Shown: piece after piece, positions 36,177 through 46,083 of the stretch | How positions within the stretch are numbered: the first letter of the stretch is position 1 | Layout of the letters: each line of letters begins with the position of its first letter | NCBI GenBank assembly: GCA_027624625.1 | Contig: JAQBWH010000006.1 | Span: 357-64,356, forward strand | Source of the DNA: Verrucomicrobiota bacterium | GTDB lineage: Bacteria; Verrucomicrobiota; Verrucomicrobiia; Chthoniobacterales; JACTMZ01 | Direction: 5' to 3' | Length of the DNA: 64,000 nucleotides | Notes under the pieces: generated by a model | Told to the model about the DNA's origin: nothing | Database searches by the model: none | Seen by the model: the letters and a program-made list of their open reading frames with translations, nothing else | Program-made: the position numbers and the translations under genes

Positions 36177-37535
36177 TCAAAAGATAGCGGCTTCGAGACG
36201 CGCGCGGAGTCCGGCGATGGGGATGCGCTCTTGCTGCATCGAGTCGCGGTGGCGCAGGGTGACGGTGTCGACTTTTTCGGGTCCGTTTTCCCCGATGGTG
36301 TCGAAGTCGACGGTAACGCAGAAAGGCGTTCCGATTTCGTCCTGCCGGCGGTAACGACGGCCGATGGCGCCGGCTTCGTCATAGAAAACCATCATGTGGG
36401 GACGGAGAGCGGCGGCCACGGCTTTAGCCTTTTCGACGAGGGCGGGTTTGTTTTTGAGGAGCGGGAAAATACCGCATTTGACCGGGGCGATGCGCGGATG
36501 GAAACGGAGGATGGTGCGGACCTCTTTGTTGCCCTTCTCGTCCGTCACTTCCTCTTCGTCAAAGGCTTCGCAGATGAGGGCTAGGGCGGTGCGGTCCACA
36601 CCGGCACTCGGCTCCACGACGTGCGGGACGAATTTTTCCTTTTTCTCGTCGTCGAAATACTCGAGTGGCTTGCCGCTGTGCTTCATGTGCGCAGAAAGGT
36701 CATAATCCGTGCGATAAGCCACGCCCTCAAGTTCGCTCACGCCGAAGGGGAACTCGTATTCAAGATCGTAAGTTTTCTTCGAGTAAAAGGCGCGTTCGCC
36801 GTCGGGAATGTCGTGGATTTTTATTTTCGCACGCGGAATGCCGATGTCCTCGTAGAACTTGAGGCGTTCCTCGAGCCAGTAGTCGGTGAGGGCCAGTCCG
36901 TCCTCGGGGCGGCAGAAGTATTCGATTTCCATCTGCTCGAATTCGCGCGAACGGAAGATGTAGTTGCGGGGGTTGATCTCGTTGCGGAAAGCTTTGCCGA
37001 TTTGAGCGATGCCGAAGGGAAGTTTTTTGCGCGAGGTTTCGAGGATGTTCTTGAATTGGACGAACATGGCCTGCGCGGTTTCGGGGCGGAGGTAGACGAG
37101 ATTGTCGTCGTTCTCGAGCGGACCGGCGTAGCTTTTGAGCATGAGGTTGAAGGCGCGCGGCTCGGTGAGGTCGCGTCCGCCGCAGGCCGGGCAGTATGGG
37201 GTGCCGTCTTTTTGCGGAAGCTGGTCGGCGCGGTGGCGAGCCTTGCAGGTTCTGCAGTCAACCATCGGATCGCTGAAAGTCTCCTCGTGGCCGCTGGCTT
37301 TCCACACGGCGCGATTCATGATGATGGAGCCGTCCATGCCGACCATGTCCTCGCGCTCGTGGACATTGCGGCGCCACCAGAAGTCTTTGAGGTTGCGCTT
37401 CAGTTCGACTCCCATCGGGCCGTAGTCCCAGAAACCGTTGAGGCCGCCGTAGATTTCGGAGGACTGGAAGATGAAGCCGCGTCTCTTGCAGAGACTGACG
37501 ATTTTTTCCATCCGTTGTTGAGCTTCTTTGGACAT
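36177..37535 (-). CDS. glyQS: Glycine--tRNA ligase (homodimeric class II)
   Basis: 452 aa. It has RRGFIFQSSEIYGGLNGFWDYGP and GKAFRNEINPRNYIFRSREFEQMEIEYF. Confidence 0.93.
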   Translation of the reverse strand: MSKEAQQRMEKIVSLCKRRGFIFQSSEIYGGLNGFWDYGPMGVELKRNLKDFWWRRNVHEREDMVGMDGSIIMNRAVWKASGHEETFSDPMVDCRTCKARHRADQLPQKDGTPYCPACGGRDLTEPRAFNLMLKSYAGPLENDDNLVYLRPETAQAMFVQFKNILETSRKKLPFGIAQIGKAFRNEINPRNYIFRSREFEQMEIEYFCRPEDGLALTDYWLEERLKFYEDIGIPRAKIKIHDIPDGERAFYSKKTYDLEYEFPFGVSELEGVAYRTDYDLSAHMKHSGKPLEYFDDEKKEKFVPHVVEPSAGVDRTALALICEAFDEEEVTDEKGNKEVRTILRFHPRIAPVKCGIFPLLKNKPALVEKAKAVAAALRPHMMVFYDEAGAIGRRYRRQDEIGTPFCVTVDFDTIGENGPEKVDTVTLRHRDSMQQERIPIAGLRARLEAAIF

Positions 37536-37569
37536 GAAAGGCCAAGCTTAGCGGCGTGGACTCCGCGCG

Positions 37570-38496
37570 TCACGCCGGAGGTTTTAGTCCGGCCTCAATC
37601 TCGCGGCGCATCGGCTCGAGGAAGGGCGGCAGGGAAAGTGTTTCGCCGAGTCTCTCGAGCGGTTCGTCGATGGTGAAACCCGGCTCGTCGGTGGCAATTT
37701 CGATGAGGATGCCGTTGGGTTCGCGGAAGTAGAGGCTGCGGAACCAATGGCGGTCGACGGGACCGCTGTTCGGCGTACCGGACTCGGCCAAATGCTGCGC
37801 CCACGCGTGGTAGTCCGCCTGCGTGGTGCGGAGGGCCAGATGATGGACGCCGCCGGCACCCTGGCGTGCGGCGGGCATGTCCGGATCGACCCGCAGATGA
37901 AGTTCGCGGGCAACTCCGGGTTTCGAGCCGATTTGGTAGACGTGCACATCGCGTCCGTCCATCGGGTAAGTGCCGATATTTGGCAGGTGCAGCAGTTGAC
38001 GGAAGACACGGTCGGTCGGTTCGAAGGTTGGCACATTGAGGAGCAAAGGACCCAGACCGCGGATCTGGTGTCCGGCGGGAACGGGGCTTTGTTCCCAGAC
38101 GGCGGCGGCCGGTTCGTCGTCGACGACGAGGCTCAAGCGTTGGCCTTCGGGATCCTCAAAATCCAGCACCGGCTTTCCGTTGCGTTCGGTGACGGAATCT
38201 CCCGAGCCCAGTCGACCGCGCCACCATTCGAGCGAGGTGGTGCTGCCGACACGCAGGCCGGTTCGCGTCACGCTGCGTGTCCCGCGGCGTTCGGGTGCCG
38301 CGGGCCAATCGAAAAAAGTCAGATCTGTCCCCGGCGTGCCGGCGCCGTCGGCGTAGAACAGGTGGTAGGCCGAGAGGTCATCTTGGTTGACGGTTTTTTT
38401 AACCAAGCGCAGGCCGAGGTTACGGGTGTAGAAATCATGGTTGTCGCGTGCGTGCGCGGTGATCGCGGTGACGTGATGGAGGCCGTGGAGTTTCAT
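37570..38496 (-). CDS. Ring-cleaving dioxygenase, glyoxalase/VOC superfamily (two-domain)
   Basis: Start chosen at MKLHGLHHVTAIT. The second module has GGVHHLALR and SLYFREPNGILIEIATD. Confidence 0.75.
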   Translation of the reverse strand: MKLHGLHHVTAITAHARDNHDFYTRNLGLRLVKKTVNQDDLSAYHLFYADGAGTPGTDLTFFDWPAAPERRGTRSVTRTGLRVGSTTSLEWWRGRLGSGDSVTERNGKPVLDFEDPEGQRLSLVVDDEPAAAVWEQSPVPAGHQIRGLGPLLLNVPTFEPTDRVFRQLLHLPNIGTYPMDGRDVHVYQIGSKPGVARELHLRVDPDMPAARQGAGGVHHLALRTTQADYHAWAQHLAESGTPNSGPVDRHWFRSLYFREPNGILIEIATDEPGFTIDEPLERLGETLSLPPFLEPMRREIEAGLKPPA

Positions 38497-39233
38497 GAAA
38501 GCCGTTCCAGCCCGAGGATACGCACCGCAACGCCGTCCGCGGAGCAGGTGTGACGGGGCTCGGGCGCGAGGTTTCCGAATCCGGCGAGGGTGGCGGGGAA
38601 AACGGAGAATTCCTCGATCTTCGCCGCGCGGAATTCGTAAGGGGGATGGGCCACGGTGCCGCGGAAGAGTTGTCCGCTGCGGCAGGAGTAGAGGTGGTAG
38701 CGCTCGAGGAGGAAAAATTCGAGGCTGCCCGGAGCGGCGATCCGGCCCGCGCCTTCCGGCCGCCAGACAAAACGGGATTCCTCCGACGTGCCGCGCCGGG
38801 TGGAGCGGTAGTCGATGACGGATCCGAAAGCGGCCCGCATCTTGGCGTGTTGGTAAGGCAGGCCGAAAAAAATGCGGGCGATGAGGACGGCGAGCGATTG
38901 GTTGCAGTCGAGCGAGTAGAACCAGACGCCGGGGACGCCGCGGTCGTCGTGCACGTAGGTGCGGACATTGAGTTCGAGAAAATTCGAGATGGGTCCGACG
39001 GCGGGCAGCCCGGCGGGCCGCACGGCACGCATGGCGAAGGGGACGATTCCGAGCCAGGCATCTCCGGCAAAAGTGTCGGCATGGAGTCCGGGTGGAAGGG
39101 TGCGCTGGATGAGGTCGGGTTCGACGGTCCAGTGGAGAAAAAGCAGATGTTCCCAGCGCTGGTGCATCACGGTGCGCTGCGGCGGGTCGGGGTGCCGTGC
39201 CGCTTCGCGCTGTTCGCCGGTCGGACTGTTCAT
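38493..39233 (-). CDS. DUF2071 (YqjF-like) domain protein
   Basis: Start chosen at MNSPTGEQ. It has the motif HQRWEHLLFLHW and LELNVRTYV. There are 4-nt overlaps at both ends. Confidence 0.7.
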   Translation of the reverse strand: MNSPTGEQREAARHPDPPQRTVMHQRWEHLLFLHWTVEPDLIQRTLPPGLHADTFAGDAWLGIVPFAMRAVRPAGLPAVGPISNFLELNVRTYVHDDRGVPGVWFYSLDCNQSLAVLIARIFFGLPYQHAKMRAAFGSVIDYRSTRRGTSEESRFVWRPEGAGRIAAPGSLEFFLLERYHLYSCRSGQLFRGTVAHPPYEFRAAKIEEFSVFPATLAGFGNLAPEPRHTCSADGVAVRILGLERLS

Positions 39234-40351
39234 GAGAAGAGTTCGCGCTGCGGGTCGCGGGCAAACTGGAAAGCGGCCAGTGGGTCGGTCGTGTTTTTGG
39301 CGAGGGCGAGGAATTGGAAAGTGGTGCCCATGCTTTCGGGATGGAGGAGCTGGCGCAGGGCGCGCATTTCGCGGGCCGTGTCGGGCGCAAGTTCCGTTTC
39401 CGGCATGGCGGGAAAGGTGCGGGCTGCGAGTGCGGTGAGGGCGTGGTGCTGGTCGGTAAAGCCGGCGAGGGAGAGTCCGACCTCCGCGGCGGCGCGGGCC
39501 ACGGCAGTGAAGTCGACGTGCGAGGTGATGTCTTGCGTCCCCGGCTCGGCCAGCGGGTCGTCCGTGCGTTGATGTCCCCGATAGGCGGCGAGTGTCCCGG
39601 CGGCACGAGCCGGATGATGGCGCACGGCGGCGGGATGTCCGTAGTCGATGAGGAAGAGCCAGCCGCGGGTGAGTTTGCGGGCGACGGTTTGGGTCCATGG
39701 CTCGAGGGACGGACAGATTTCCGTGGTGAAGTGCGGGATTCCGTCCGGCACGGGGGGCGGGTGCCCGGCGAACGGCCTTTCGACAAAGACAAAGCGTCCG
39801 CCGTCATAATCGACGCAGCGCTCGTGCCATGCGCCTACGTTCCGGGTGAGGATCTTGACCGGGAAGGCGTCGAGCAACTCGTTGGCGAAGAAAACGCCGG
39901 TAAAGGGGGGCAGGTCGTTCTCGTGCGCGACGTGGGTGAGATGGTCCGCCCAGGGAGCGAGGGTCTGTTGCTGGACGGCGCGAAGCGCGGACATCGGTTC
40001 GACCATGACGATCCGCGGGGCGCGGCCCGGCCAGGCAGCGAGGATGTCGGCCATGAGCCGGCCGTCGTTGGCGCCTTGTTCGACCAGGGTGAAGTCATCC
40101 GGGTTCCCGAGGAGTTGCCGCATTTCGGCGAACTGGGTGGCGAGGAGTTTGCCGAAGACCGGACCGACACTCACGTTGGTGAAGAAGTCGCCGCGACGTC
40201 CGGTCCGGTTTGTCCCGCACGCATAGTATCCGCCCTGTGGATGGTAAAGTGCGACGGCCATGAATTGGTCGAAGCCGACCGGTCCTTCTTGGGCGATGCG
40301 GCGGCGGAGTTCTTCCGCGGGTCCGTCAGGGCCGGGTGATTTCCCGGGCAT
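39230..40351 (-). CDS. SAM-dependent methyltransferase, MidA/NDUFAF7 (DUF185) family
   Basis: Start chosen at MPGKSPG. It has FDQFMAVALYHPQGGYY, LVEQGANDGRL, FFANELLDAFP and DITSHVDFT. Confidence 0.78.
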   Translation of the reverse strand: MPGKSPGPDGPAEELRRRIAQEGPVGFDQFMAVALYHPQGGYYACGTNRTGRRGDFFTNVSVGPVFGKLLATQFAEMRQLLGNPDDFTLVEQGANDGRLMADILAAWPGRAPRIVMVEPMSALRAVQQQTLAPWADHLTHVAHENDLPPFTGVFFANELLDAFPVKILTRNVGAWHERCVDYDGGRFVFVERPFAGHPPPVPDGIPHFTTEICPSLEPWTQTVARKLTRGWLFLIDYGHPAAVRHHPARAAGTLAAYRGHQRTDDPLAEPGTQDITSHVDFTAVARAAAEVGLSLAGFTDQHHALTALAARTFPAMPETELAPDTAREMRALRQLLHPESMGTTFQFLALAKNTTDPLAAFQFARDPQRELFS

Positions 40352-41756
40352 AAACGTTGATCTGTCCGTCAGGGCCGCGCTCGACGTTGGTGATCTGGAA
40401 CGGCCGCTGCGCGTCGCGCTGCACGGTTTCGCCTTCGGCCGGTGGCGCGATGTTGCCGGGAAAGTCGACGATGACCCGGATGTTTTGTTGTCCTCCGCTG
40501 CCGCGCAGAACCGCCCGGCTCTGGCCCGCGGCACTGACTTGAAAATCGCCGGCCAAATATTGCACCGCCCCGGTGTCCTCGGCGGGCAGATTGCCTGCCG
40601 CATCGATGCCGAGGAGGCGGCCGCGCGGCATGCGGCCCGGTTTGTAGACCGTCCATTGGTCTGCGGATAGGGCGGAGACGACCGACGGAACGGGGGTGGC
40701 AAAGGGCTGGAGAGGTGCGACCGGGACGGCACCGGGATCGACCGGTTCGGCCCGCGCGACCGGAATGGTGCTTTCGCCAGGGTTGACCGGCTCGGCCCGC
40801 GCGACCGGAATGGTGCTTTGGTCGGCATTGACGGGAAGGGCCCGGGCCACGGGCCGGCCGTCGATTTGCGTTGGGACTGCCTTTGGGGGGACCGGTTCGG
40901 CTCGGGCGACGGGAATGGCACTTTCGGCAATTGCCTCCGTGCGTTGCACGCGCATGAGGGTGGGTGAGCGCGGGGCGATCCCAGTGGGTTTGAGCTGCGC
41001 AGAGTAACGTTGGTCGGCTTCGTCCACCGCCGCTTGGTTCAGAATCGGCAGGCCGGCTGAAATGTTGAGGTCGGCAGGTGGTTCGAGATTGAGAGTGCCG
41101 GTGGCGTCGGTCGAGGTATAGCTGCCATAAAGGAGGGGAACGGCGGTGAGGTTGAGGCGGCCATCGGGCATGATGCGGGCGTTGATCAACGCGGACAGAT
41201 CGAGGGTGCGGGCCAATGACAAATCGAGACCCATGCACAACATGCGCTCGAGTTGGCCGACGTCGGCCTCGGCGGCGGGAAAGATGAGTTCGAGGAGGAC
41301 GGACGGATTTTCTTTCGACTGGGCAAGGGCGACAACGCCGTCGGGGAAGAAGTTGTTCGGCCCGAGGCGAAAGGTGCCCATCACGTTGAAATCGCCGATG
41401 ACATAAGGAACCAGGTCTTTACTGCGTTGGTAATTGCGCAGGTAGTTGCGGAGGAGGGAGGCATTCCCGGCCTTGAGTTCGCGCGGGTTCATTTTGCCGT
41501 AGCGCTCGAAAAGTTTGTTGGCGTCGAGGAATTGTCCGCGCGGTGCCTTGGTCAACTCGAAGCGTTTCGGCGCATCAATTTTCCCGAGCGTGCGGAGGAT
41601 GCCGTAGCTGACAGCTTTCTCCGGATGTCCGAAAATGTAGAAGCTGCCCACCCATGAGACCCCGGCGATAATGGCGAGAAGGAGGAGAAAAATGGTCCAA
41701 CCAAAGAGGTTGTCCCGGTTCCCGCGGCGATGCCGGTTGACCCTCAGCCTGATCAT
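40326..41756 (-). CDS. Membrane-anchored hypothetical protein with internal 15-aa repeats
   Basis: 476 aa with an N-terminal TM segment (FGWTIFLLLLAIIAGVSWVGSF). The central repeats are (S)TIPVARAEPVxPGx. Confidence 0.6.
   Translation of the reverse strand: MIRLRVNRHRRGNRDNLFGWTIFLLLLAIIAGVSWVGSFYIFGHPEKAVSYGILRTLGKIDAPKRFELTKAPRGQFLDANKLFERYGKMNPRELKAGNASLLRNYLRNYQRSKDLVPYVIGDFNVMGTFRLGPNNFFPDGVVALAQSKENPSVLLELIFPAAEADVGQLERMLCMGLDLSLARTLDLSALINARIMPDGRLNLTAVPLLYGSYTSTDATGTLNLEPPADLNISAGLPILNQAAVDEADQRYSAQLKPTGIAPRSPTLMRVQRTEAIAESAIPVARAEPVPPKAVPTQIDGRPVARALPVNADQSTIPVARAEPVNPGESTIPVARAEPVDPGAVPVAPLQPFATPVPSVVSALSADQWTVYKPGRMPRGRLLGIDAAGNLPAEDTGAVQYLAGDFQVSAAGQSRAVLRGSGGQQNIRVIVDFPGNIAPPAEGETVQRDAQRPFQITNVERGPDGQINVYAREITRP
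40740..40936. repeat. 45-bp tandem repeat inside a CDS (2 near-identical plus 2 degenerate units)
   Basis: Units at 40740..40784 and 40785..40829 differ at a few positions (GACCGG(T/C)TCGGCCCGCGCGACCGGAATGGTGCTTT...). Degenerate copies extend to about 40936. Confidence 0.8.
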
Positions 41757-41869
41757 GGCGCGAGGGAGAGCGGGGAGCGCGGCGTTGAGTCGTTCGGGCG
41801 GGCCATGTATGCAGAGTGCAATGTCTCTAAACCATGGGCCGCAGCCAAGTCAAACGACAGGGGTGAGTC

Positions 41870-43627
41870 GTGGGTAGTATACGCGTCTTGCCCGACGTGG
41901 TGGCCAGCCAGGTGGCGGCCGGCGAGGTGGTGGAACGTCCGGCCTCGGTCATCAAGGAATTGGTGGAGAACAGTCTCGATGCCGGTGCGAAGTCGCTCGA
42001 GGTCGAGGTCCGCGGTGCCGGATCTGTCCTTTTAAGGGTCAGTGATGACGGATCGGGCATGGATCGCGAGGATGCTCTTCTCTCCCTCGAGCGTCATGCC
42101 ACGAGCAAGCTCACCTCGGCGGCGGACTTGGCCACCGTGCGGAGCATGGGCTTCCGCGGCGAGGCGCTGCCGAGCATTGCCAGTGTTTCGGAATTCGTCC
42201 TGCGCACCCGGCAGGCGTCTGCTTCGGCCGGCACGGAGGTGGTGGTCAAGGGAGGTAAAATTGTCGCGGTGCGCGAGGCCGGTTGCGCGCCGGGGACAAC
42301 GGTGGAAGTGAATTCCCTTTTTTTCAATGTCCCGGCCCGGCGTAAGTTCCTGCGCAGTGCCTCCACCGAGGCGGCACATCTTGACCGTGCGGTGGAAACG
42401 GTCGCCCTGGCCTTCCCCGGCGTGGCCGTGCATTACCGGCGCGACGGCCGCGCCGTCCATCGGTTGCCGGCGGCCACCTCGCTCGCATCCCGGGTGGCGG
42501 ACCTTTACGGAGCGGAAGAGCGCGCGGCCTTGCTCGAGATGCCCGAGGCGGAGAGCCAAGGTGTCCGGGTGAGCGGCCTCGTCTCGCGTCCGGGTGCAAC
42601 CCGCGCCGACCGCGGCCGCCAGTTTTTTTTCGTCAATGGTCGCGCCGTGGAGAACGTTTTTCTCTCCACCGGACTGCGTGAGGCCTACCGTCAGATGCTC
42701 GAGCCCGGCCGCCATCCCTCGATTTTTGTCCACATTGTCATAGACCCGCAAGCCGTGGACTGCAACGTGCATCCGGCCAAACGCGAAGTGCGGTTCCGCC
42801 ACGGCGCCGAGGTCCGCGAGTCCTTGCGCTCCGCGGTGGAGGCCGCGCTGCGTCAGGCCAGGGCTGACTGGTTGCAACCGGTGCGCACTCATCTGACCGC
42901 GCGGATTGAGCCCTCTGCGGGATATGGTTCCGCAACCAGGCCTTTCCGCGTCGCGCACCAACCGGAATTGCCGCGGCCGGTCATGCCCGAGTCCCCGCCT
43001 GATCCCCCCGGGGGGCCGCGGACCGAGGGCGCGACTCCCCGCGTGATCGCCGAGGAATTCCGCTTGGTTGGCGCCTTGTCCCGTCGCTATTTGCTCCTTG
43101 AGGGAGGTGAAGGCCTTGTGCTTCTTGACCAGCGGGCGGCGCACCAACGGATCCTTTTCGAGCGTTTGCAGCGCGGGGTGGCGGGGGGAGGAGTGGCGGT
43201 GCAGAGGTTGTTGGCCCCCGCGGTTTTCGAGTTGCCGGCACGAGAGCACGAGGCCGTGGCGGGAAGTCTCGCCGTTCTTGCGGCGGCCGGATTCGGCGTC
43301 GAGGTCTTCGGTGGACGCGCGCTGAAGGTTGAGGCTTTGCCCGATTTTCTGGCGGGCCGCGATCCGCAGCGCGTGATGGAGGAATTTGCCGCGGCGGCCG
43401 TATCGGGGGGCGCGGCGCGGTTGCGCGGGCAGGCCGCCGAAGAAGTGGTGCGCCGGGCGGTGGCGCGTCTGGCGCTCGACGAGGGTGGCGCCAAAGACGA
43501 GCGCGAGCAGCGTGCCCTTGTCACGCAGTTGCTCGCTTGCCAACTGCCCTACTGTGATCCGGACGGCCGCCCGGTCATGCTGCAATTCTCCTGGCGCGAG
43601 CTGGAGCGGAAGTTCGGGCGCGACTGA
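41870..43627 (+). CDS. mutL: DNA mismatch repair protein MutL
   Basis: GTG start, 585 aa. It has the GHKL ATPase N-terminus VVERPASVIKELVENSLDAGA, and the C-terminus CQLPYCDPDGRPV. Confidence 0.92.
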   Translation: MGSIRVLPDVVASQVAAGEVVERPASVIKELVENSLDAGAKSLEVEVRGAGSVLLRVSDDGSGMDREDALLSLERHATSKLTSAADLATVRSMGFRGEALPSIASVSEFVLRTRQASASAGTEVVVKGGKIVAVREAGCAPGTTVEVNSLFFNVPARRKFLRSASTEAAHLDRAVETVALAFPGVAVHYRRDGRAVHRLPAATSLASRVADLYGAEERAALLEMPEAESQGVRVSGLVSRPGATRADRGRQFFFVNGRAVENVFLSTGLREAYRQMLEPGRHPSIFVHIVIDPQAVDCNVHPAKREVRFRHGAEVRESLRSAVEAALRQARADWLQPVRTHLTARIEPSAGYGSATRPFRVAHQPELPRPVMPESPPDPPGGPRTEGATPRVIAEEFRLVGALSRRYLLLEGGEGLVLLDQRAAHQRILFERLQRGVAGGGVAVQRLLAPAVFELPAREHEAVAGSLAVLAAAGFGVEVFGGRALKVEALPDFLAGRDPQRVMEEFAAAAVSGGAARLRGQAAEEVVRRAVARLALDEGGAKDEREQRALVTQLLACQLPYCDPDGRPVMLQFSWRELERKFGRD

Positions 43628-43676
43628 GCGGCGGTGCGCCTTGCCCCTCGCCCCCTTTCCCCGCTAAAAACAGGTT

Positions 43677-44153
43677 ATGTCCGACCTCCGCATCGAACCG
43701 GCGACCCTTGAGGACATGCCTCTTCTCGCGGAGTTGCTGGCGGATCTTTTCGCCCAGGAGCCGGACTTTCATCCCAACCAAGCCAAGCAGATCCGCGGGC
43801 TGCGGCTCATTTTGGAGCAACCCAACCGCGGCCGCATTTTCGTCCTGCGCAACAATCTCCGCATCATCGGCATGATCAACCTGCTTTTCACCATCAGCAC
43901 CGCGGAGGGCGGATTCGTCATCATGCTCGAGGATCTCGTGGTGCGGGCCGACCACCGTGGTCAGGGACACGGCAGCCGTCTACTGCATCACGCGATCGAC
44001 TTTGCCCGGGAAAAACAGTTTGTCCGCATCACCCTGCTGACGCCGGACGGGGAGGGGAAGTTGCTGGATTTTTACCGCAAATGCGGTTTCCGGCAATCCG
44101 AGATGGTCACCATGCGCCTGATCATCGGCGGAGAGGAGCAGGCGACCGCGTGA
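43677..44153 (+). CDS. GNAT family N-acetyltransferase
   Basis: 158 aa. It has the acetyl-CoA motif LVVRADHRGQGHGSRLL and the C-terminal FYRKCGF. Confidence 0.85.
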   Translation: MSDLRIEPATLEDMPLLAELLADLFAQEPDFHPNQAKQIRGLRLILEQPNRGRIFVLRNNLRIIGMINLLFTISTAEGGFVIMLEDLVVRADHRGQGHGSRLLHHAIDFAREKQFVRITLLTPDGEGKLLDFYRKCGFRQSEMVTMRLIIGGEEQATA

Positions 44154-45127
44154 GCAAGGGGGTCCGGACAGCCTTTGTGCTTTGCGCCGGTTGGGGTAAG
44201 CGATTGCAACCGCTGACCGACCAGATTCCCAAACCGCTTGTCCCGATTTGCGGCCTTCCGCTTTGCGAGTTTGCCCTAACGCGCCTTGCCGCGGCGGGCG
44301 TGGAGCGCATCGTGATCAACACGCACCGGTTGCCCGACCAATTCATCCGTCTTTTTCCCGAATACCCCCATCCTTCGCGCTATGCCGGGGTGCCGGTGTT
44401 TTTCCGTCATGAACCGCTCCTCTTGGATACCGCCGGCGGCCTGAAAAATGTGGAGGATCTCCTCCTGCCCGGTCCGGTGCTGGTCCACAACGGGGACATC
44501 CTCGCCGAGTTGGATCTGGCCGCTTTGGTCGCTGCACACGCGCACAGCGGCGCGCTGTGCACTTTGGCCCTGCGGACCAGCGGAGGGCCCTTGCAAGTCG
44601 GCTTCGATGCGGCGAGCGGGCGGGTTACCGATCTCCGCGGTGAGCTTGGTTCGAGTGACCCGCGTTTTCTTTACACCGGCGTTTGCGTCATTGCGCCGGA
44701 ATTGCTCGGGCGCATTAACCCCGGGCAACCGGCGTCCCTTGTCACCGTCTGGCTGGAGGCTCTGCGCGCGGGTCAAACGCTTGCCGGTGTGGTGCTTGAC
44801 CGGGGCGAGTGGCGTGACATCGGCAATCTGGGGGAATACCTGCGGATCCATGCCGATTTGGCGTCGGGCGAGGTCAAACTTGTCCCGCCGCCGACCGCCC
44901 CGCCGGGCTGGCCTTTGTGGCGCATGCCCGGGAGCCGGGTGGCCCCCGATGCCGAGCTGTCCGGTTGGAATTGGCTGGGGCCCGGTTGCGAGGTGGGGCC
45001 GGGGGCGCGGGTCAGTCAATCGGTCTTGTGGGCCGGTTCCAAGGTATTGGCCCATGCAGTGGTGGCCAACACCGTGGTGCGCGAGGGCATGCGGGCCGAA
45101 GGAAGGCTGGAAGGATCGGCCCTATGA
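44150..45127 (+). CDS. Sugar-1-phosphate nucleotidyltransferase (MurU/GlmU-like N-domain plus C-terminal hexapeptide-like extension)
   Basis: The GTG overlaps the GNAT stop (GTGA). It has LCAGWGKRLQPLTDQIPKPLVPI (GxGxRL...PKP). 325 aa. Sugar specificity is unknown. Confidence 0.75.
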   Translation: MSKGVRTAFVLCAGWGKRLQPLTDQIPKPLVPICGLPLCEFALTRLAAAGVERIVINTHRLPDQFIRLFPEYPHPSRYAGVPVFFRHEPLLLDTAGGLKNVEDLLLPGPVLVHNGDILAELDLAALVAAHAHSGALCTLALRTSGGPLQVGFDAASGRVTDLRGELGSSDPRFLYTGVCVIAPELLGRINPGQPASLVTVWLEALRAGQTLAGVVLDRGEWRDIGNLGEYLRIHADLASGEVKLVPPPTAPPGWPLWRMPGSRVAPDAELSGWNWLGPGCEVGPGARVSQSVLWAGSKVLAHAVVANTVVREGMRAEGRLEGSAL

Positions 45128-46083
45128 CAGAGATTTTCGAATGGGTCGGGTCGGTTTGTCCCGCCGCGGCGGGCGGCACGTGGGCGCCGGTCGACCATGG
45201 CGGCTCCGACCGCCGATTCTGGCGTGGTTCCGGCTGCGCCGCGGGCTTGGTCGCGGTGCATTATGGCGAGGAAAAAGCCGAGAATGGCCGCTATGCGCCT
45301 TGTGCGGATTTCCTCCATCGTCACGGAGTGCGGGTGCCGGCCGTGCTGGCTCATGATGCCCCAGGGCGGCGCATGCTCATGGAGGACGCCGGTGCGGAGG
45401 ATCTCTGGTCCCACCGCGAGGAGACGTGGCTGGTACGAGGCGAACTTTATGGCAAGGCCCTTGCGCAGCTGGCGCGGATGCATGCCCTCGACCTGCGGGA
45501 AGCTGATGCCGGGCAGGTGTTGTGCGAACCCTTTGACCAAGATCTCTATTTTTGGGAGCAGGAATACTTTTGCGGGCACTTTCTCGGCGCGGAAAAAACA
45601 GCTGCGGTGCGTGCCGCGGTGCCGATGGATATTCAGGCGCGGGATCTGGCCGCACTTCCTCGCGTCCTTGTGCATCGCGATTTCCAGTCGCAGAATGTCA
45701 TGGTGAAAGACGGCCAAGTGACGCTGATCGATTTCCAGGGAATGCGCGCCGGACTGGCGGGCTATGATGTGGCGTCGCTGCTTTTCGATCCGTATGTGGC
45801 CTTGAGCACGAAAGAACGCGGGGAGTTGTCCGATGCTTATGCCGCTTTGACCGGACGTGAGGACTCCGAGGTCTGGCAGGCCGAACTCGAGGCCTGCGCA
45901 CGGCAGCGGTTGATGCAAGCTCTGGGCGCTTACGGGTTTCTCGGCGTGGAGAAAGGAAAACCGGCCTTTCTCCAGTACATTCCCGTGGCCTCCGAGCGCC
46001 TTGCCGCGTTGTGCGAAAAGAATGAAGAGTGGCAACCTTTGGCGCGAACCGTGCGCGAGGCGGCGCGGAATTTTCTATCATGA
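45124..46083 (+). CDS. Aminoglycoside-phosphotransferase-fold sugar kinase (AmgK-like)
   Basis: The ATG overlaps the upstream stop (ATGA). The catalytic loop is LVHRDFQSQNVMV, followed by IDFQG and YDVASLLFDPY, as in anomeric MurNAc/GlcNAc kinases. Confidence 0.7.
   Translation: MTEIFEWVGSVCPAAAGGTWAPVDHGGSDRRFWRGSGCAAGLVAVHYGEEKAENGRYAPCADFLHRHGVRVPAVLAHDAPGRRMLMEDAGAEDLWSHREETWLVRGELYGKALAQLARMHALDLREADAGQVLCEPFDQDLYFWEQEYFCGHFLGAEKTAAVRAAVPMDIQARDLAALPRVLVHRDFQSQNVMVKDGQVTLIDFQGMRAGLAGYDVASLLFDPYVALSTKERGELSDAYAALTGREDSEVWQAELEACARQRLMQALGAYGFLGVEKGKPAFLQYIPVASERLAALCEKNEEWQPLARTVREAARNFLS

Noticed and set aside
40740-40936. Tandem repeats as a possible CRISPR array
   Set aside because: The units are contiguous with no spacers, are in-frame within a long ORF, and translate to a repeated peptide.
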